A stretch of 64,000 nucleotides of DNA from a virus: positions 3,861 to 67,860 of IMG/VR virus record IMGVR_UViG_3300047471_000541. One strand, 5' to 3'. The position numbers and the translations under genes are program-made. How positions within the stretch are numbered: position 1 is the stretch's first letter; every line of letters begins with the position of its first letter. A model generated the notes under the pieces. The model saw only the letters and a program-made list of their open reading frames with translations, had not been told where the DNA came from and did no database searches. This document shows, piece by piece, positions 17,647 through 27,656 of the stretch.

Positions 17647-19425
17647 TTAACGTGTATCAGACTCGACAAAATTGACAACACCAATCTGCTCCATGTGCTT
17701 CCAGATTAGCGGCCAGCTTTCCCGCACCCAATCCTGATCGGAGAGCCAGTGCCAGTAGCCCGCGTCCACCTGTCCAAGCGTGCGCGCGGTGCGAGCTGGT
17801 TTGCCGAAGGGGAAGGGGTAATCCTCTCCCAAGCGCCGGTAGGCTTGCTCCTCGCTGTAACGCTCCGCGCCGACCACCTTAGCCTTTTCCAGCGCGTTCA
17901 TGGTGCGGAAGGAGCAAAGCCCCGCGTTTTTGCGTTGCCATAGTTGCTCGGTAAGCGCCGAGGCGTGGCCGCGATCCTTTACGCTCTCCGGATCGATCCC
18001 GTTCCGCATCAGATATTCGGCTTGCGCCTCGGTAATCTTTAAGCTATGCCAACCACTTACGGGTTCGTAGTCGATTAGTTTCTGGTCATGAACAAGAGCT
18101 GCATAGAGTCGAGCATCCACCAGTCCGATCGCGCGCCGTTTGGCCGCGCGTTCCAGTTCCTCACGCAGCTTGGCTTCCCTTTCCGCCTGCACATCGCGAA
18201 CCAACCCCTCTAAATCCAACTCCTCACCTTCGGCATCTAACAGAGCTTTTTTAATAGCCTGCCGTTCAGCCACGTTAGCCGCCACGAGGTCGGCTGGCCC
18301 CTGAACACCAAACCGGTCGGCATGGTACAACAAATCAAGAATAAGGGCATCTGGCTTACACGACGCGGCTATTGCAGCGCGCCTGTCATTCGCATTTCTG
18401 AGCCCATCGACGACCCCAGGCAGTACCCGCCCGATGCGACCTACCTTCTGGAACCACGCCACGAGCGATCTGGTCGGGGTCAGGTTCAGCAGGCAATCGC
18501 ACGCCGGACAATCCCAGCCGGTCGTAAGAAGGCTGGAATTAGAAATCAACTGGAACTTCCGCTCGCCAAAAGCCTGCGCCGCTTCCTTGCGGTCGATTGA
18601 TTTGTGGTCAACGTGCCGCGCTGCGATCCCTTCGCGCTGGCAAATCTCGGTGAACAACTGACTCGATTTGATAAGCGGCAGGAAGGCGACGATCTGCCGG
18701 CCAACGCAATGTTCTTTGATCAGCTTGGCGATCTGGCGGTAGTGCGGCGCCATGAGGTTGTGCAGGTCTTCCTTGTCGTAATCCTGCTCCCCGAAGGATT
18801 GGCTCTGGTGAACGTCGCTCAGGTCAATGTGCACCGGCATCGTCAGCACCTTGAAAGGAACAATGAAGCCCTGATCGATCAGCGAAAAGAGTTTCAGTTC
18901 GAAGGCGACGGTCTGGTAGTAAGCCGAGAGGTCTTTTAACTTGGCGCGGAAGGCCGTCGCAGTTTGGCCGCATACCTTCGCCGTGTGGAAATAGTCGGTA
19001 ACGGCTTTGGCCTGCTCAACAGAGCGGTGAGCTTCGTCGACGAAGATGTATTTGAAATGGTCACGGGGATACCGTGCCAACCGGTCCTCCCGGCAGAGAG
19101 TCTGGACGCTTCCCACCACGACCTGAGACATTCGACTGGCCTTACTATCGGCTTTGTCCAAGTCGGCGTGGATCCCAAGGAGCCGCCAGAACTTGTCGAG
19201 GGGTTGCGCGCACAGTTCGTCGCGATCCGCCAGATACAAAAAGCGGCCGCGCTTCGACACGCTCTCGCACACCAAGCCCGCCACCACGGTTTTCCCGCTG
19301 GACGTTGGGATATTGAGGACACAGGAACGATACGTTTCGCCCTCCTTGTACCACGGCTTTTCGCCCCACGTTGCGAGAATCTTCGCTCGCGCTTCGTCCT
19401 GGTAGTCTCGCGGTTGAACGTTCAT
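17647..19425 (-). CDS. SF2 (DEAH) helicase
   Basis: RDYQ, PTSSGKT, DEAH, TAT, TGWD, QKVGRIGR; C-terminal FPFGK...YWHWL domain. Confidence 0.9.
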   Translation of the reverse strand: MNVQPRDYQDEARAKILATWGEKPWYKEGETYRSCVLNIPTSSGKTVVAGLVCESVSKRGRFLYLADRDELCAQPLDKFWRLLGIHADLDKADSKASRMSQVVVGSVQTLCREDRLARYPRDHFKYIFVDEAHRSVEQAKAVTDYFHTAKVCGQTATAFRAKLKDLSAYYQTVAFELKLFSLIDQGFIVPFKVLTMPVHIDLSDVHQSQSFGEQDYDKEDLHNLMAPHYRQIAKLIKEHCVGRQIVAFLPLIKSSQLFTEICQREGIAARHVDHKSIDRKEAAQAFGERKFQLISNSSLLTTGWDCPACDCLLNLTPTRSLVAWFQKVGRIGRVLPGVVDGLRNANDRRAAIAASCKPDALILDLLYHADRFGVQGPADLVAANVAERQAIKKALLDAEGEELDLEGLVRDVQAEREAKLREELERAAKRRAIGLVDARLYAALVHDQKLIDYEPVSGWHSLKITEAQAEYLMRNGIDPESVKDRGHASALTEQLWQRKNAGLCSFRTMNALEKAKVVGAERYSEEQAYRRLGEDYPFPFGKPARTARTLGQVDAGYWHWLSDQDWVRESWPLIWKHMEQIGVVNFVESDTR

Positions 19426-19616
19426 CGCCTCTTGAAGTGTGAACAGCCTTGGCAGCAATATCCTCGCCCATTGTAATGCTCAGAGCGCTGATGCCCGCAC
19501 CGCGCGCATTGATCCGGCTTGAGTCGCAACCGGCGCTGCACCAAATCGGCCAGCACTTCGACGCTCTGACAGTAGATCGGGTCGCGCCTGCCCGAGTATG
19601 CTTCGGAGTGACTCAT
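19422..19616 (-). CDS. small Cys/His-rich protein
   Basis: CARCGH...H...CCQGC; ATGA overlaps at both ends. Confidence 0.55.
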   Translation of the reverse strand: MSHSEAYSGRRDPIYCQSVEVLADLVQRRLRLKPDQCARCGHQRSEHYNGRGYCCQGCSHFKRR

Positions 19617-20446
19617 CCTTTCACCTTGGTTGCGAGCGCGTGGCAAGCTCGGCCCGTATAGTCCACGCCGTTGACTGACCATGTGTAGTAAAGACCGGGA
19701 GCGGCCAGAACGTGATTGTGAATCTCGGCCATTTTGGTTTGACTGGTCGGAATCGAGTTCACGAACTTAAACGCTTTCGCTACGTCCCAGTGGTTGCCGA
19801 TAACGAGGTAATGGATCGCCTTCATCCGGCTCTCGTGGAAGGCCGCGAGCGCGATAATGTCCTTGCGGGAGTGTCCGGTCGTGCCTTCCTGTATCGCCTT
19901 GCGATCTTTGTGACCGTACACGCTCTCGATCCTGTCCAGCGCCCTCGCCATATCAGGGTCAGCCTCCAAATCCTCTCGTGACCAGCCGTCCTCGCCTCTG
20001 GTGCGACTGGCGCGCGTGGACTTGTCGTTATCGCGGAACCACCGGTCCACGTAGGTTTCGTAATTGCGCTCGATGGGTTTTGGGAAATCACGCTTCACAA
20101 AATCGAACACCTGCTGTTGCGCTTCGGCGCTCGGGAGCCGCGCCAGAACCCACGCATGAGTGGCCGGCAGTTCGATCCCGAGGTTCGCTTCGACTTCGGC
20201 GCGATCCAGAAGCCGCTTGGTCTGCATCGTGTGACCCAACCGGCGTTCGTCCAAGCTCCGGCAGTAATCGTTAAACGAGTCGTACCCGAGCGCGGCGTAG
20301 CCCTCGCGGTCTTTCATTTCAATTACCAGCGGCGCTACCTGCCGGTAGAAGTCGTCCGAGTAGCCCAAGATGCGGGCGTCAATCGCTTCGGCTTCGTGTT
20401 TGGTCATCATTCGTTCTATCACTCGAGCTTTTTGCACAGTTTTCAT
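19613..20446 (-). CDS. hypothetical protein
   Basis: AAGGAG RBS; GYDSFNDYC motif common in phage proteins. Confidence 0.75.
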   Translation of the reverse strand: MKTVQKARVIERMMTKHEAEAIDARILGYSDDFYRQVAPLVIEMKDREGYAALGYDSFNDYCRSLDERRLGHTMQTKRLLDRAEVEANLGIELPATHAWVLARLPSAEAQQQVFDFVKRDFPKPIERNYETYVDRWFRDNDKSTRASRTRGEDGWSREDLEADPDMARALDRIESVYGHKDRKAIQEGTTGHSRKDIIALAAFHESRMKAIHYLVIGNHWDVAKAFKFVNSIPTSQTKMAEIHNHVLAAPGLYYTWSVNGVDYTGRACHALATKVKG

Positions 20447-20483
20447 TGTAACTCCTTATCGTTAAACGACCACGGACCGTGGC

Positions 20484-22061
20484 TTAAAGTCCCATCTCCC
20501 CAATAAATCTGCTTGGCTTGGCCTCCACAATATCGCCCCATTTCATCGTGCGCTTCTGCGCGTAGCTGATGTGCAGCGCGCTCCTGGCCCTTGTGACGGC
20601 CACGAACGCCAGCCGCCGTTCCTCCTCGATGTTCTGCTCGTTCATCTTGGTTTCCTCGAACGCTGGGAGGAACACCACATCGAACTCGCGACCTTTGGCG
20701 GAATGGATCGTGCCGATAAAAACCGAGTCCTGTGTCGGCGCACGCCGGAATTGCTCTCCCGAATAGAGGTCTTGGAGCAAATCGGAAATCTGCGCGTCCT
20801 GCGGTATCACCCGGGTTCGCTCCTCGATCAAGCCAATCGTGCGCTTCTCTATCCCGCAAATCGCCAGCCATTTTAGGATGCCAATGCGCGGATCATACTT
20901 GGGCAACCTGTCGGACAAATAGGTTCCAGTGGCTTGCGCTTCCAATTTCCAGTCGGCCACCAAAACGGGATCGTGTTCAAGGCACAGGAGCTGCTGGGCG
21001 ATTACCTCGTTGTACGGGGACGCGGCCAGTCCCACAGTGAGAAGCGCTCGCCGCCAATCCGCAGGAATCGCCTCACGCTCGTCGGCTCTGAAAATGTTGA
21101 CCAGTCCCGCAGCGTAAAAGAAATTGTAAGCGCGATTGAGCTCGTGATTCGTCCGGAACAACACGGCGATACCGAGCTTGGCGTCCGCCGTCAAAAGCCG
21201 CGAAACGTGAGTCAACTCCTCCCACGCATCGCCGAATCCTCTGACCACGATGGAACCGGTTTCGCCTGTAGCCGAGATGGTATCCTTCTCATAACGTGAC
21301 TCGTTGCAACGGATCAACTTGTTCGCCGCTTCGCAGATCACCTTGGCGCACCGGTAATTTTCTTCCAACTTGATGACAGTCGAGGCGCTAGTGTTCGCCA
21401 GAGCGAGGAAGCCCGCAGGATACGCCTGCCGAAACTCGAAAATCGCCTGGTCGACGTCGCCGATAACAAACCGGTTATCCGCAGGGATCGCCGCGTAAAT
21501 CTGCCAATCGATTTCTGCCGAGTCCTGCGCTTCCTCGATGATCAGGTGCTCGATCCTGACTGCCGCGCGCACCTCGTTGAATTGCAGGAGCCGCAGGCCG
21601 TCACGCAAAATCCGGTCGTAATCGACGAGGTTGTTCTGCTTGAGCGTAAAATAGTATTCGTCCAAAATCCGCTCCTCGCTGTCTTTCAAGCGCGCCTCGA
21701 TCTGCTTGAACAACGCTTTACTGTCAGACTCGGGGAGCAGCGCCACGTTGCCGTGGCCGTAACCGATCAGCCGCCCGAACTGGCGAATTAAGCGAAAGCA
21801 ATACGAGTGCAGCGTGCCGCAAAACTCGAGCCGCTGCACTTCGCTCACGCTCCTGATGCCGGCCACGCTCTCGGTCATTACGCGGTTCCGAAACTCGCGC
21901 GCCGCGGCGTTAGTGAAAGTGAGAACGACGATGGACTTGGACTTGAGGCGCTTCACGCGCTCCACGGCGACGCGGGTTTTGCCGCTACCTGGGCCGCTCA
22001 TCACGACGACCAGTTTCTCGTCGGCCTCGACTGCGCGCTTCTGTGATGGGTTAAGAATCAT
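20484..22061 (-). CDS. UvrD/Rep/PcrA-family SF1 helicase (compact)
   Basis: GPGSGKT, TFTN, EEAQD, GDVDQAIFEFR, LEENYR, TIHSAKGREF, EERRLAFVAVTRA. Confidence 0.92.
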   Translation of the reverse strand: MILNPSQKRAVEADEKLVVVMSGPGSGKTRVAVERVKRLKSKSIVVLTFTNAAAREFRNRVMTESVAGIRSVSEVQRLEFCGTLHSYCFRLIRQFGRLIGYGHGNVALLPESDSKALFKQIEARLKDSEERILDEYYFTLKQNNLVDYDRILRDGLRLLQFNEVRAAVRIEHLIIEEAQDSAEIDWQIYAAIPADNRFVIGDVDQAIFEFRQAYPAGFLALANTSASTVIKLEENYRCAKVICEAANKLIRCNESRYEKDTISATGETGSIVVRGFGDAWEELTHVSRLLTADAKLGIAVLFRTNHELNRAYNFFYAAGLVNIFRADEREAIPADWRRALLTVGLAASPYNEVIAQQLLCLEHDPVLVADWKLEAQATGTYLSDRLPKYDPRIGILKWLAICGIEKRTIGLIEERTRVIPQDAQISDLLQDLYSGEQFRRAPTQDSVFIGTIHSAKGREFDVVFLPAFEETKMNEQNIEEERRLAFVAVTRARSALHISYAQKRTMKWGDIVEAKPSRFIGEMGL

Positions 22062-22390
22062 AATCTCTGAGCTGGCCCGCGTGTCAGGAGAATCACGCCT
22101 TCGCTTTCCCTGTCGCGGTGGAACGTCAGCCCGTGGTAGGTGTTCTCGAAATCGTCGTCCGGCAGCGCGAGTTTAATCGCCGTTGGTGCGTACTGTGCAA
22201 ATTCCTCGCGCAACTTGAGGCACGCTTTGCGCCCAAAGATTACGTCAGTGGGTTGCTCGCCCGCCTGCCGCATCCAATCGACAACGCCGTTGGCGACCAA
22301 AGCGTTCAAGGTTATCTCGACAGGCTTCCAGCCTTCGTGAGTCTGCTCGCGTGTCAGCGGCCATTCGTCGTCTTTTTTAACGAGGATCAT
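22058..22390 (-). CDS. hypothetical protein
   Basis: ATGA overlaps. Confidence 0.6.
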   Translation of the reverse strand: MILVKKDDEWPLTREQTHEGWKPVEITLNALVANGVVDWMRQAGEQPTDVIFGRKACLKLREEFAQYAPTAIKLALPDDDFENTYHGLTFHRDRESEGVILLTRGPAQRL

Positions 22391-22536
22391 TTCGCTATGG
22401 TTTTCGCCAATTCCTCAACGACTTGCTCTAACGCGGACGCTTCTTGTTCGAGGATCTGGCGATACGGTTTCGGGAAATGCTTTGCGAGCCGCATGAGGCG
22501 AATCTTCACGAGTCCAGCGAGAGTCTTGGCGCTCAT
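22387..22536 (-). CDS. small hypothetical protein
   Basis: MSAKTLAG; ATGA overlaps at both ends. Confidence 0.5.
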   Translation of the reverse strand: MSAKTLAGLVKIRLMRLAKHFPKPYRQILEQEASALEQVVEELAKTIAK

Positions 22537-22856
22537 TTCGGGTACTCGAGTAATTTGTCGATGCGCGCACAAATCTCGCGCACATCGGCTACGTCAGAGT
22601 CGAGCCGAGCGTGCATGAGCGCCTTGGCTTGCAGTTCCTTGATCGGTCCGATCAGTTCATGGTAGGCGCCAGCCCAAATCGCCTTGCGAACTTCACGCGC
22701 CATTTTGAGGCGAAACTCAGCGGCGTTCTCCACGTACAATTTCGACGCTCTGGACATGGTGAAGCAAGCTACCAGTGGCAACGTGGCTACAACGCGCGTT
22801 TCCTGCGTCGAATCGAAATCGGTTGTTTGATACTGCGTTTTGAGGAAGTCGATCAT
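22533..22856 (-). CDS. hypothetical protein
   Basis: ATGA overlaps. Confidence 0.6.
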   Translation of the reverse strand: MIDFLKTQYQTTDFDSTQETRVVATLPLVACFTMSRASKLYVENAAEFRLKMAREVRKAIWAGAYHELIGPIKELQAKALMHARLDSDVADVREICARIDKLLEYPK

Positions 22857-23419
22857 TTCACTAGCTCCAATGCCATTTCCCGCGCCTCGGTCAGTTGCCG
22901 GAAGGCGTCGGCGTTCCCGCCCGTGTCAGGGTGCGCTTCGCGGAGCTTTGACCTATAGGCGGATTGAATGGAGTGCTGGGTCGCGCCAGAGAGCGAAATG
23001 CCGAGAACGTCCCAACAAGACGGTCCCGTTTTTTCTTCCAGCGCGGTGAACCCGCTGAACATGGCGCGAATCATGTGCTTGGCGCCCCACCGTTCCATGC
23101 CGCGCATGGCCTCGATGGTGAGCGCGATCGCGCGCACGTTGGCTTCGATCCGGTTCCACCGGTCGCACGGCATCGCCACCTGTTTGCCCTCGTAGTCGAA
23201 ATAAGCGACGACACCCGACTCCTTCGGGTTGGTGTTCCCCAGCGTGTAGTTGCTGGATAACACCACGTTTTTACCGCCCAGCCGGCGCACTTCGTCGTAG
23301 AGACTTTGAAGTGCGCCGGCCACTGTCACCTTCTGGAAGCGCGATCCGGATTCACGCTTGCCAGCTTCGGTTTTCGGCCAGCCCCTCGGCCACTGTAAGG
23401 GATAGGCTCGCGCGCTCAA
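22853..23419 (-). CDS. J-domain (DnaJ-like) protein
   Basis: C-terminal WDVLGI...AYR...HPDTGG...F..L..A; N-terminal YPLQWP.GW. Confidence 0.85.
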   Translation of the reverse strand: MSARAYPLQWPRGWPKTEAGKRESGSRFQKVTVAGALQSLYDEVRRLGGKNVVLSSNYTLGNTNPKESGVVAYFDYEGKQVAMPCDRWNRIEANVRAIALTIEAMRGMERWGAKHMIRAMFSGFTALEEKTGPSCWDVLGISLSGATQHSIQSAYRSKLREAHPDTGGNADAFRQLTEAREMALELVK

Positions 23420-23646
23420 ATGGTTCGCGTGGACGACGCATCGCCGTCCTCGCCCTCAATTTCGTAGTCGAACATGGGATGCGCTGCGCTTGGCATCGAC
23501 AACTTGATCCGCTTGGCCTTTATATTTCTGGCTGCGATTTCGATGCGCGTGACTTCGCTCGGCAACATCAGCTCGAACATTCCTCGGATTTGCTTCTCGA
23601 TTCCTGCGCGAGTGCAATCGACGTTGCTGTGAGGCCAGTAGTTCAT
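23416..23646 (-). CDS. hypothetical protein
   Basis: MNYWPHS; ATGA overlap. Confidence 0.5.
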   Translation of the reverse strand: MNYWPHSNVDCTRAGIEKQIRGMFELMLPSEVTRIEIAARNIKAKRIKLSMPSAAHPMFDYEIEGEDGDASSTRTI

Positions 23647-25544
23647 AGCTCGATCAGTTGAATATCTGACGCGATGTGGATAGGCAGGGAGTCTTTGGTC
23701 CCAGCGATGATCCACTGGTCGATCCAGCCGTCCTCTAACGCGCGGTGAAGCACGTTCATCAAGAGCGCCCGCCGCGCCTCGTCCAGCCGTCCCATCTCGT
23801 CGAAGATGAGCAACCGGATCGGAGCGCCTTGGGAGAGCGCAGCCGCGATAGCGACGAACGTGAGCGCCTGCTCGGTGCCACTGAATGTCTTGTGACTGAT
23901 CCACTGGTGCTTGTTCCAGCGCCCGACCTCGCCCTCGTGGAAGGCCAGATCACTCGGCAAAATTTCGCCGACGATCCCGTTGGCTACGTGGAGCAGATCG
24001 CCAAACACCTTTTCAACCAACGCAGCTTGCTTCTCTCGAAGTACCTTGCCGATTGCCTTAATGACGACAACGTGCGCCGCCGCCGTCCGGTGTTCCAGTT
24101 CAGCCTGTGCCGCGCGCTTAATGTCCTGCTCCAACAACTCGGAGAACCTGAGCTTCGTGCGCGCTTCCTTGTAATCGGTTTCCGCCTTGGTGTTCGCGGC
24201 CTCCGCTGCGGCCAGTTCTTCGCTGGCCACCGGTTCAACCGTCGTTTCGGCCAACTCCTTCTGCTCGCGTTCGAGTACTTCGTTGCGCTGTTTTTGCTGC
24301 CGTTTCGCTGTATCGATTTGCCCCTGCCAGTTGAGGATATTCCCGTTAAGCACTTTATTGTGCGCCAACTCCTCGCGCACTCGGCGCACTTCGGCTTCGG
24401 CCAACTCCATTTCAGTCTTGCGCTCCTCAAGGGTAATGGAGGCACCTTTCAACGCGCCATCGTAAAAAAGGATTCCCTCTCGCAACTTTTCGCCAAGATG
24501 CTCCTTCCAACCGCGCGCTTTGGATTCGCAATACGGGCAGGCAGTTCGAGTTTCCAGCTCCTCCTGTTGCTCCTTCCGGTTTCGCAGTTCGGTCGAATAT
24601 TCGTTGAACATCCGTAGCGCCTCGGAGTGCGCCCACTTGAACGCCCCAAGATCGGCCTCGCTGTATTTGGCTTCCACGTTCGGCTTGAGCTGTGCGGTTG
24701 CCTCCTTGATCCGCAGTTCCAGTTTCTCGATTTCCGAGGTGTCGTTTGACGCTTCGGCCAATCGCTTCATGCTCTCCCGGCGCTCTTGGAACTTCTGAGC
24801 GTCGATTGCGCGCCGCCTGAGCAGGTTTAAGGCGTCCCAGGCGTCCTTAGCGACCTGCATGGCCGCTCGTTCGGCTTCGCCGAACTGCTTGGAGTTTCCC
24901 GCCATAGCCTCCTGCTGGTTCTTGAGTTCGGTCAACACTCGGATCGCCCCTTGCGTGTCTTTCGAGCGAGCGTTGGACTGCTTGAAAAGCTCGGCCATTT
25001 TGTCGATCGCGCCCTGTAACCCTTCTTGAATCGAGCGATTCACAAAAGCGTCGGCGACGTAGTTAATCATCGATTTCTTGGCTTCCTCTGTGCCGCTCTG
25101 CTCGAAGTGAATGTCCCTGAGTGTGTCACAAACCGCCTGAGCGGTGAAGCTCTCGGGCGTCTTGGAGATATTGAACACGTACTGGTAACGCTCGCGCTCG
25201 GTCATACCGAAGTAGGCCGATGCGTTAAGAAGCGGAATCTCTTTTCGATTCACCAGCCACGGCAATTCGTGTTCCTGTGTCTCGTTGATTTCAAAGTTGG
25301 CGTTGGCTGCGCCGTTATCCAACTCCAAGTGGACCGACATGAATTCCCCGCTCATCAGTTGGCGCGTGGCTTTCGGGAGCTTACCCAGCTCCGGTAGATA
25401 CCCGATCAACGCGAGCCTGATCGCGTCGATGATGCTGGTCTTGCCAGTGAAGTTTTCGCCCACGATTGCCGTTTCTGGCGACAGATCGAAGGCGAAACTT
25501 CGGCCTTTAAGGTTTTCGGCCCGAACCTGCGTGATACGCATCAA
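23643..25544 (-). CDS. Rad50/SbcC-like SMC-family ATPase
   Basis: GENFTGKT, coiled coil with CPYC zinc hook, FSGTE signature, LLIFDE. Confidence 0.88.
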   Translation of the reverse strand: MMRITQVRAENLKGRSFAFDLSPETAIVGENFTGKTSIIDAIRLALIGYLPELGKLPKATRQLMSGEFMSVHLELDNGAANANFEINETQEHELPWLVNRKEIPLLNASAYFGMTERERYQYVFNISKTPESFTAQAVCDTLRDIHFEQSGTEEAKKSMINYVADAFVNRSIQEGLQGAIDKMAELFKQSNARSKDTQGAIRVLTELKNQQEAMAGNSKQFGEAERAAMQVAKDAWDALNLLRRRAIDAQKFQERRESMKRLAEASNDTSEIEKLELRIKEATAQLKPNVEAKYSEADLGAFKWAHSEALRMFNEYSTELRNRKEQQEELETRTACPYCESKARGWKEHLGEKLREGILFYDGALKGASITLEERKTEMELAEAEVRRVREELAHNKVLNGNILNWQGQIDTAKRQQKQRNEVLEREQKELAETTVEPVASEELAAAEAANTKAETDYKEARTKLRFSELLEQDIKRAAQAELEHRTAAAHVVVIKAIGKVLREKQAALVEKVFGDLLHVANGIVGEILPSDLAFHEGEVGRWNKHQWISHKTFSGTEQALTFVAIAAALSQGAPIRLLIFDEMGRLDEARRALLMNVLHRALEDGWIDQWIIAGTKDSLPIHIASDIQLIEL

Positions 25545-26308
25545 AATGGGATTTCGTCTTCGTCGGGTTCCGGTGGTTGCGGTGGCGCTGGCCGTCGCGG
25601 AGGCGGTGCTGCTTGTTTGTGCGATTCCGGTTCCGGTGGCCGTCGTCGTGGCTTGGCTGGCGGCTGCGGTGGCGGAATTTCGGATTCGGGTGGCGCTTCG
25701 TTCTCGTCAGGTTCCGGCCACTCGTCGCTCTCAGGCGGGCTCCCGCCCCCGGGCGAACCGTTCCACTCCTCGCTCGCCATGATCCGCTCTTGGATCCATT
25801 CGGGCAACTTGGCGAAAGTTTCGCTCTCGCCGTCCTCAATGTCGTAGAGAAGAACGTCGAGCGTTGGCTTGGGGCAACCCATCCCTTTCGGGAGCGGGGT
25901 CACACTGGCGACCTGATGGTAGTCGCGTTTCTGCGCCGACTTCTTATGAATAATGTTCACGAGGCAGGCTTTTTTGAGCAGGATTTTGAGGTCAAACCCT
26001 TTGAGTTCCTCCTCGGTGAAATCCCGACCGCGCCACGATTCAAGCATGTGCCGGAGATTGGCGCGTTCCCCAAGGGAGAGCGTGTAATCCTGACCGCACA
26101 CGAAACTTTCTTCCCCGCGCTCCTCGTCGAAGATCGCTTTTTCGTTGGGAAGCTCCCAACCGACTCGCACCTTGCGAATCAGTTTGGGTTTACCCTTGAA
26201 CGCATCGCGATGCGTTCCAAGGTCGATGATCCAAATGCACCGCGCCGCATGGGTGCCTGGGGGCGGAAGCTGAAAACTACCGCCGCCCTTGTCTGTTGCT
26301 ACTGGCAT
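25541..26308 (-). CDS. ssDNA-binding protein-like (phage type)
   Basis: PPGTHAARC..IDLGT core, Pro-rich linker, acidic tail DEDEIPF. Confidence 0.75.
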   Translation of the reverse strand: MPVATDKGGGSFQLPPPGTHAARCIWIIDLGTHRDAFKGKPKLIRKVRVGWELPNEKAIFDEERGEESFVCGQDYTLSLGERANLRHMLESWRGRDFTEEELKGFDLKILLKKACLVNIIHKKSAQKRDYHQVASVTPLPKGMGCPKPTLDVLLYDIEDGESETFAKLPEWIQERIMASEEWNGSPGGGSPPESDEWPEPDENEAPPESEIPPPQPPAKPRRRPPEPESHKQAAPPPRRPAPPQPPEPDEDEIPF

Positions 26309-26465
26309 TTGATTGGTTTCCTTTCGTTTGTTTGATCGGCACGAGCTTCCGATGCTTTTCGAGGTATTCCGCGAACGCCTGTTGCGCCAGCCAGTTTACG
26401 CTGCGCTCCATGTCCTCCGCGAGATACCGGAAAGGCAAAGGAATTTCGACTGCTACCCGCGCCAT
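26277..26465 (-). CDS. ribbon-helix-helix regulator
   Basis: RVAVEIP...LAEDMERSVNWL..QAFAEYL. Confidence 0.65.
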   Translation of the reverse strand: MARVAVEIPLPFRYLAEDMERSVNWLAQQAFAEYLEKHRKLVPIKQTKGNQSNASSNRQGRR

Positions 26466-26502
26466 TGGTTCAAATTGAACCGTCGCGGTTCAGGGCGCAA
26501 GC
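26466..26502 (-). promoter_or_regulatory. promoter with TGAACC-N5-GGTTCA operator
   Basis: CTTGC-N19-CA motif overlapped by three TGAACC/GGTTCA half-sites. Confidence 0.65.
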
Positions 26503-27242
26503 TATTTCTTTTTGAGCCACCAATCGACGGCGCGCTGAACTGACATACCACCCGTAGCCGGACAAAGATTGATGTTTCCGTTGAAAGAGCAGGTTCCCGA
26601 GAACCAGTTTAAGAGTTGCAGGTCGAGAGTAGCACCAGCAGGCAGAAAAAGAGAGTAGGACACAGTGTGCGCCCCGTTGTTTCCGTTGCTGCTTTCGCAC
26701 AAGCAACCCGAGCAATCATCGAACGCGAACTCACCGGCCTGCGTGATTACTCCGTTCACCATCAGGTCGTCGTCAACTTCTCCCGAAATACTCACGTTCA
26801 TGTCCGTTACCCAAGGGCCGTAAGAAGCGGAATCTACCGTGGCCGCGCATCCAGTGAAAGGACCCGGCCCGAGACTCACTGGAATGTTAATACAGCCGCC
26901 GCAAGGGTTAGGCTCGCAAGGTGAACCGTCGCCCTGGTAAACTCCTCCAAGAGCCGCGCAGTCGCCAGACGTAACAATCGTGCAGGTACCATCGGGTTTA
27001 CAACACGCACCGGTCAAAATAGGGCCAACGCTAGCACCACCTTGTCCCGACGCTGGCTCAACCGAGGTGGCGCTCTGCGGCTTCATGCGAAGCCCGAACT
27101 TCTCGACCTCAGTTTCGGTCAGGGTAACGGTAATTTCGGGCGGCTTGGGGATGCCGGTAGAGGTAGAAGCGGATTTCGCCAGTTGCGCAGCAAAATCGCG
27201 GGCAGCCTGATCGGCTTCGTCGCGGATTTCATCGGGCGTCAC
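26502..27242 (-). CDS. Cys-rich virion protein, paralogue 2
   Basis: N-terminus shared with 27653-28468; GACC...C...C...GG.YQGDG..C module. Confidence 0.7.
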   Translation of the reverse strand: MTPDEIRDEADQAARDFAAQLAKSASTSTGIPKPPEITVTLTETEVEKFGLRMKPQSATSVEPASGQGGASVGPILTGACCKPDGTCTIVTSGDCAALGGVYQGDGSPCEPNPCGGCINIPVSLGPGPFTGCAATVDSASYGPWVTDMNVSISGEVDDDLMVNGVITQAGEFAFDDCSGCLCESSNGNNGAHTVSYSLFLPAGATLDLQLLNWFSGTCSFNGNINLCPATGGMSVQRAVDWWLKKK

Positions 27243-27472
27243 GGCCTGACCTTGGGAACCAACTTTTGTTTTTGCAGTTTTTCCAGAGCTGTTGGCGAAC
27301 TAGGTTGAGTCGGCACTGGCGTTTGTATGTTGGCCGGCTGCACGCTAAGACCGATCGAAGTCACGGCTTTTTCCTTCGAGGTGGTGAGTTCAACTGCTTG
27401 TTCCGGCGTGTCACACTCGACCCCTAGCGTCCTTTGAACCACGAACTTCATTTTTGGCTTTTCGTTTTTCAC
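27239..27472 (-). CDS. small hypothetical protein
   Basis: GAGG RBS; overlaps both neighbours. Confidence 0.5.
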   Translation of the reverse strand: MKNEKPKMKFVVQRTLGVECDTPEQAVELTTSKEKAVTSIGLSVQPANIQTPVPTQPSSPTALEKLQKQKLVPKVRP

Positions 27473-27656
27473 TTTTTTCCTCCTCTGTTTCTGGCCACCA
27501 ACGATACCGGATCGCTTGAGCCATTGACATTCCGTTATTCAGATTGAGCTGCATCTGGTTACACCCCGCGCAATTTTGTAGATCAGTTCCCACCAGAAAG
27601 TCGATAGTTTTCGCCACCGGTTTCGCTACCACAGCAATCTTGTCGCCTTTTTTCAT
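27411..27656 (-). CDS. small CxxC protein
   Basis: KGDKIA...NCAGCNQMQLNLN; ATGA overlap. Confidence 0.6.
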   Translation of the reverse strand: MKKGDKIAVVAKPVAKTIDFLVGTDLQNCAGCNQMQLNLNNGMSMAQAIRYRWWPETEEEKSEKRKAKNEVRGSKDARGRV

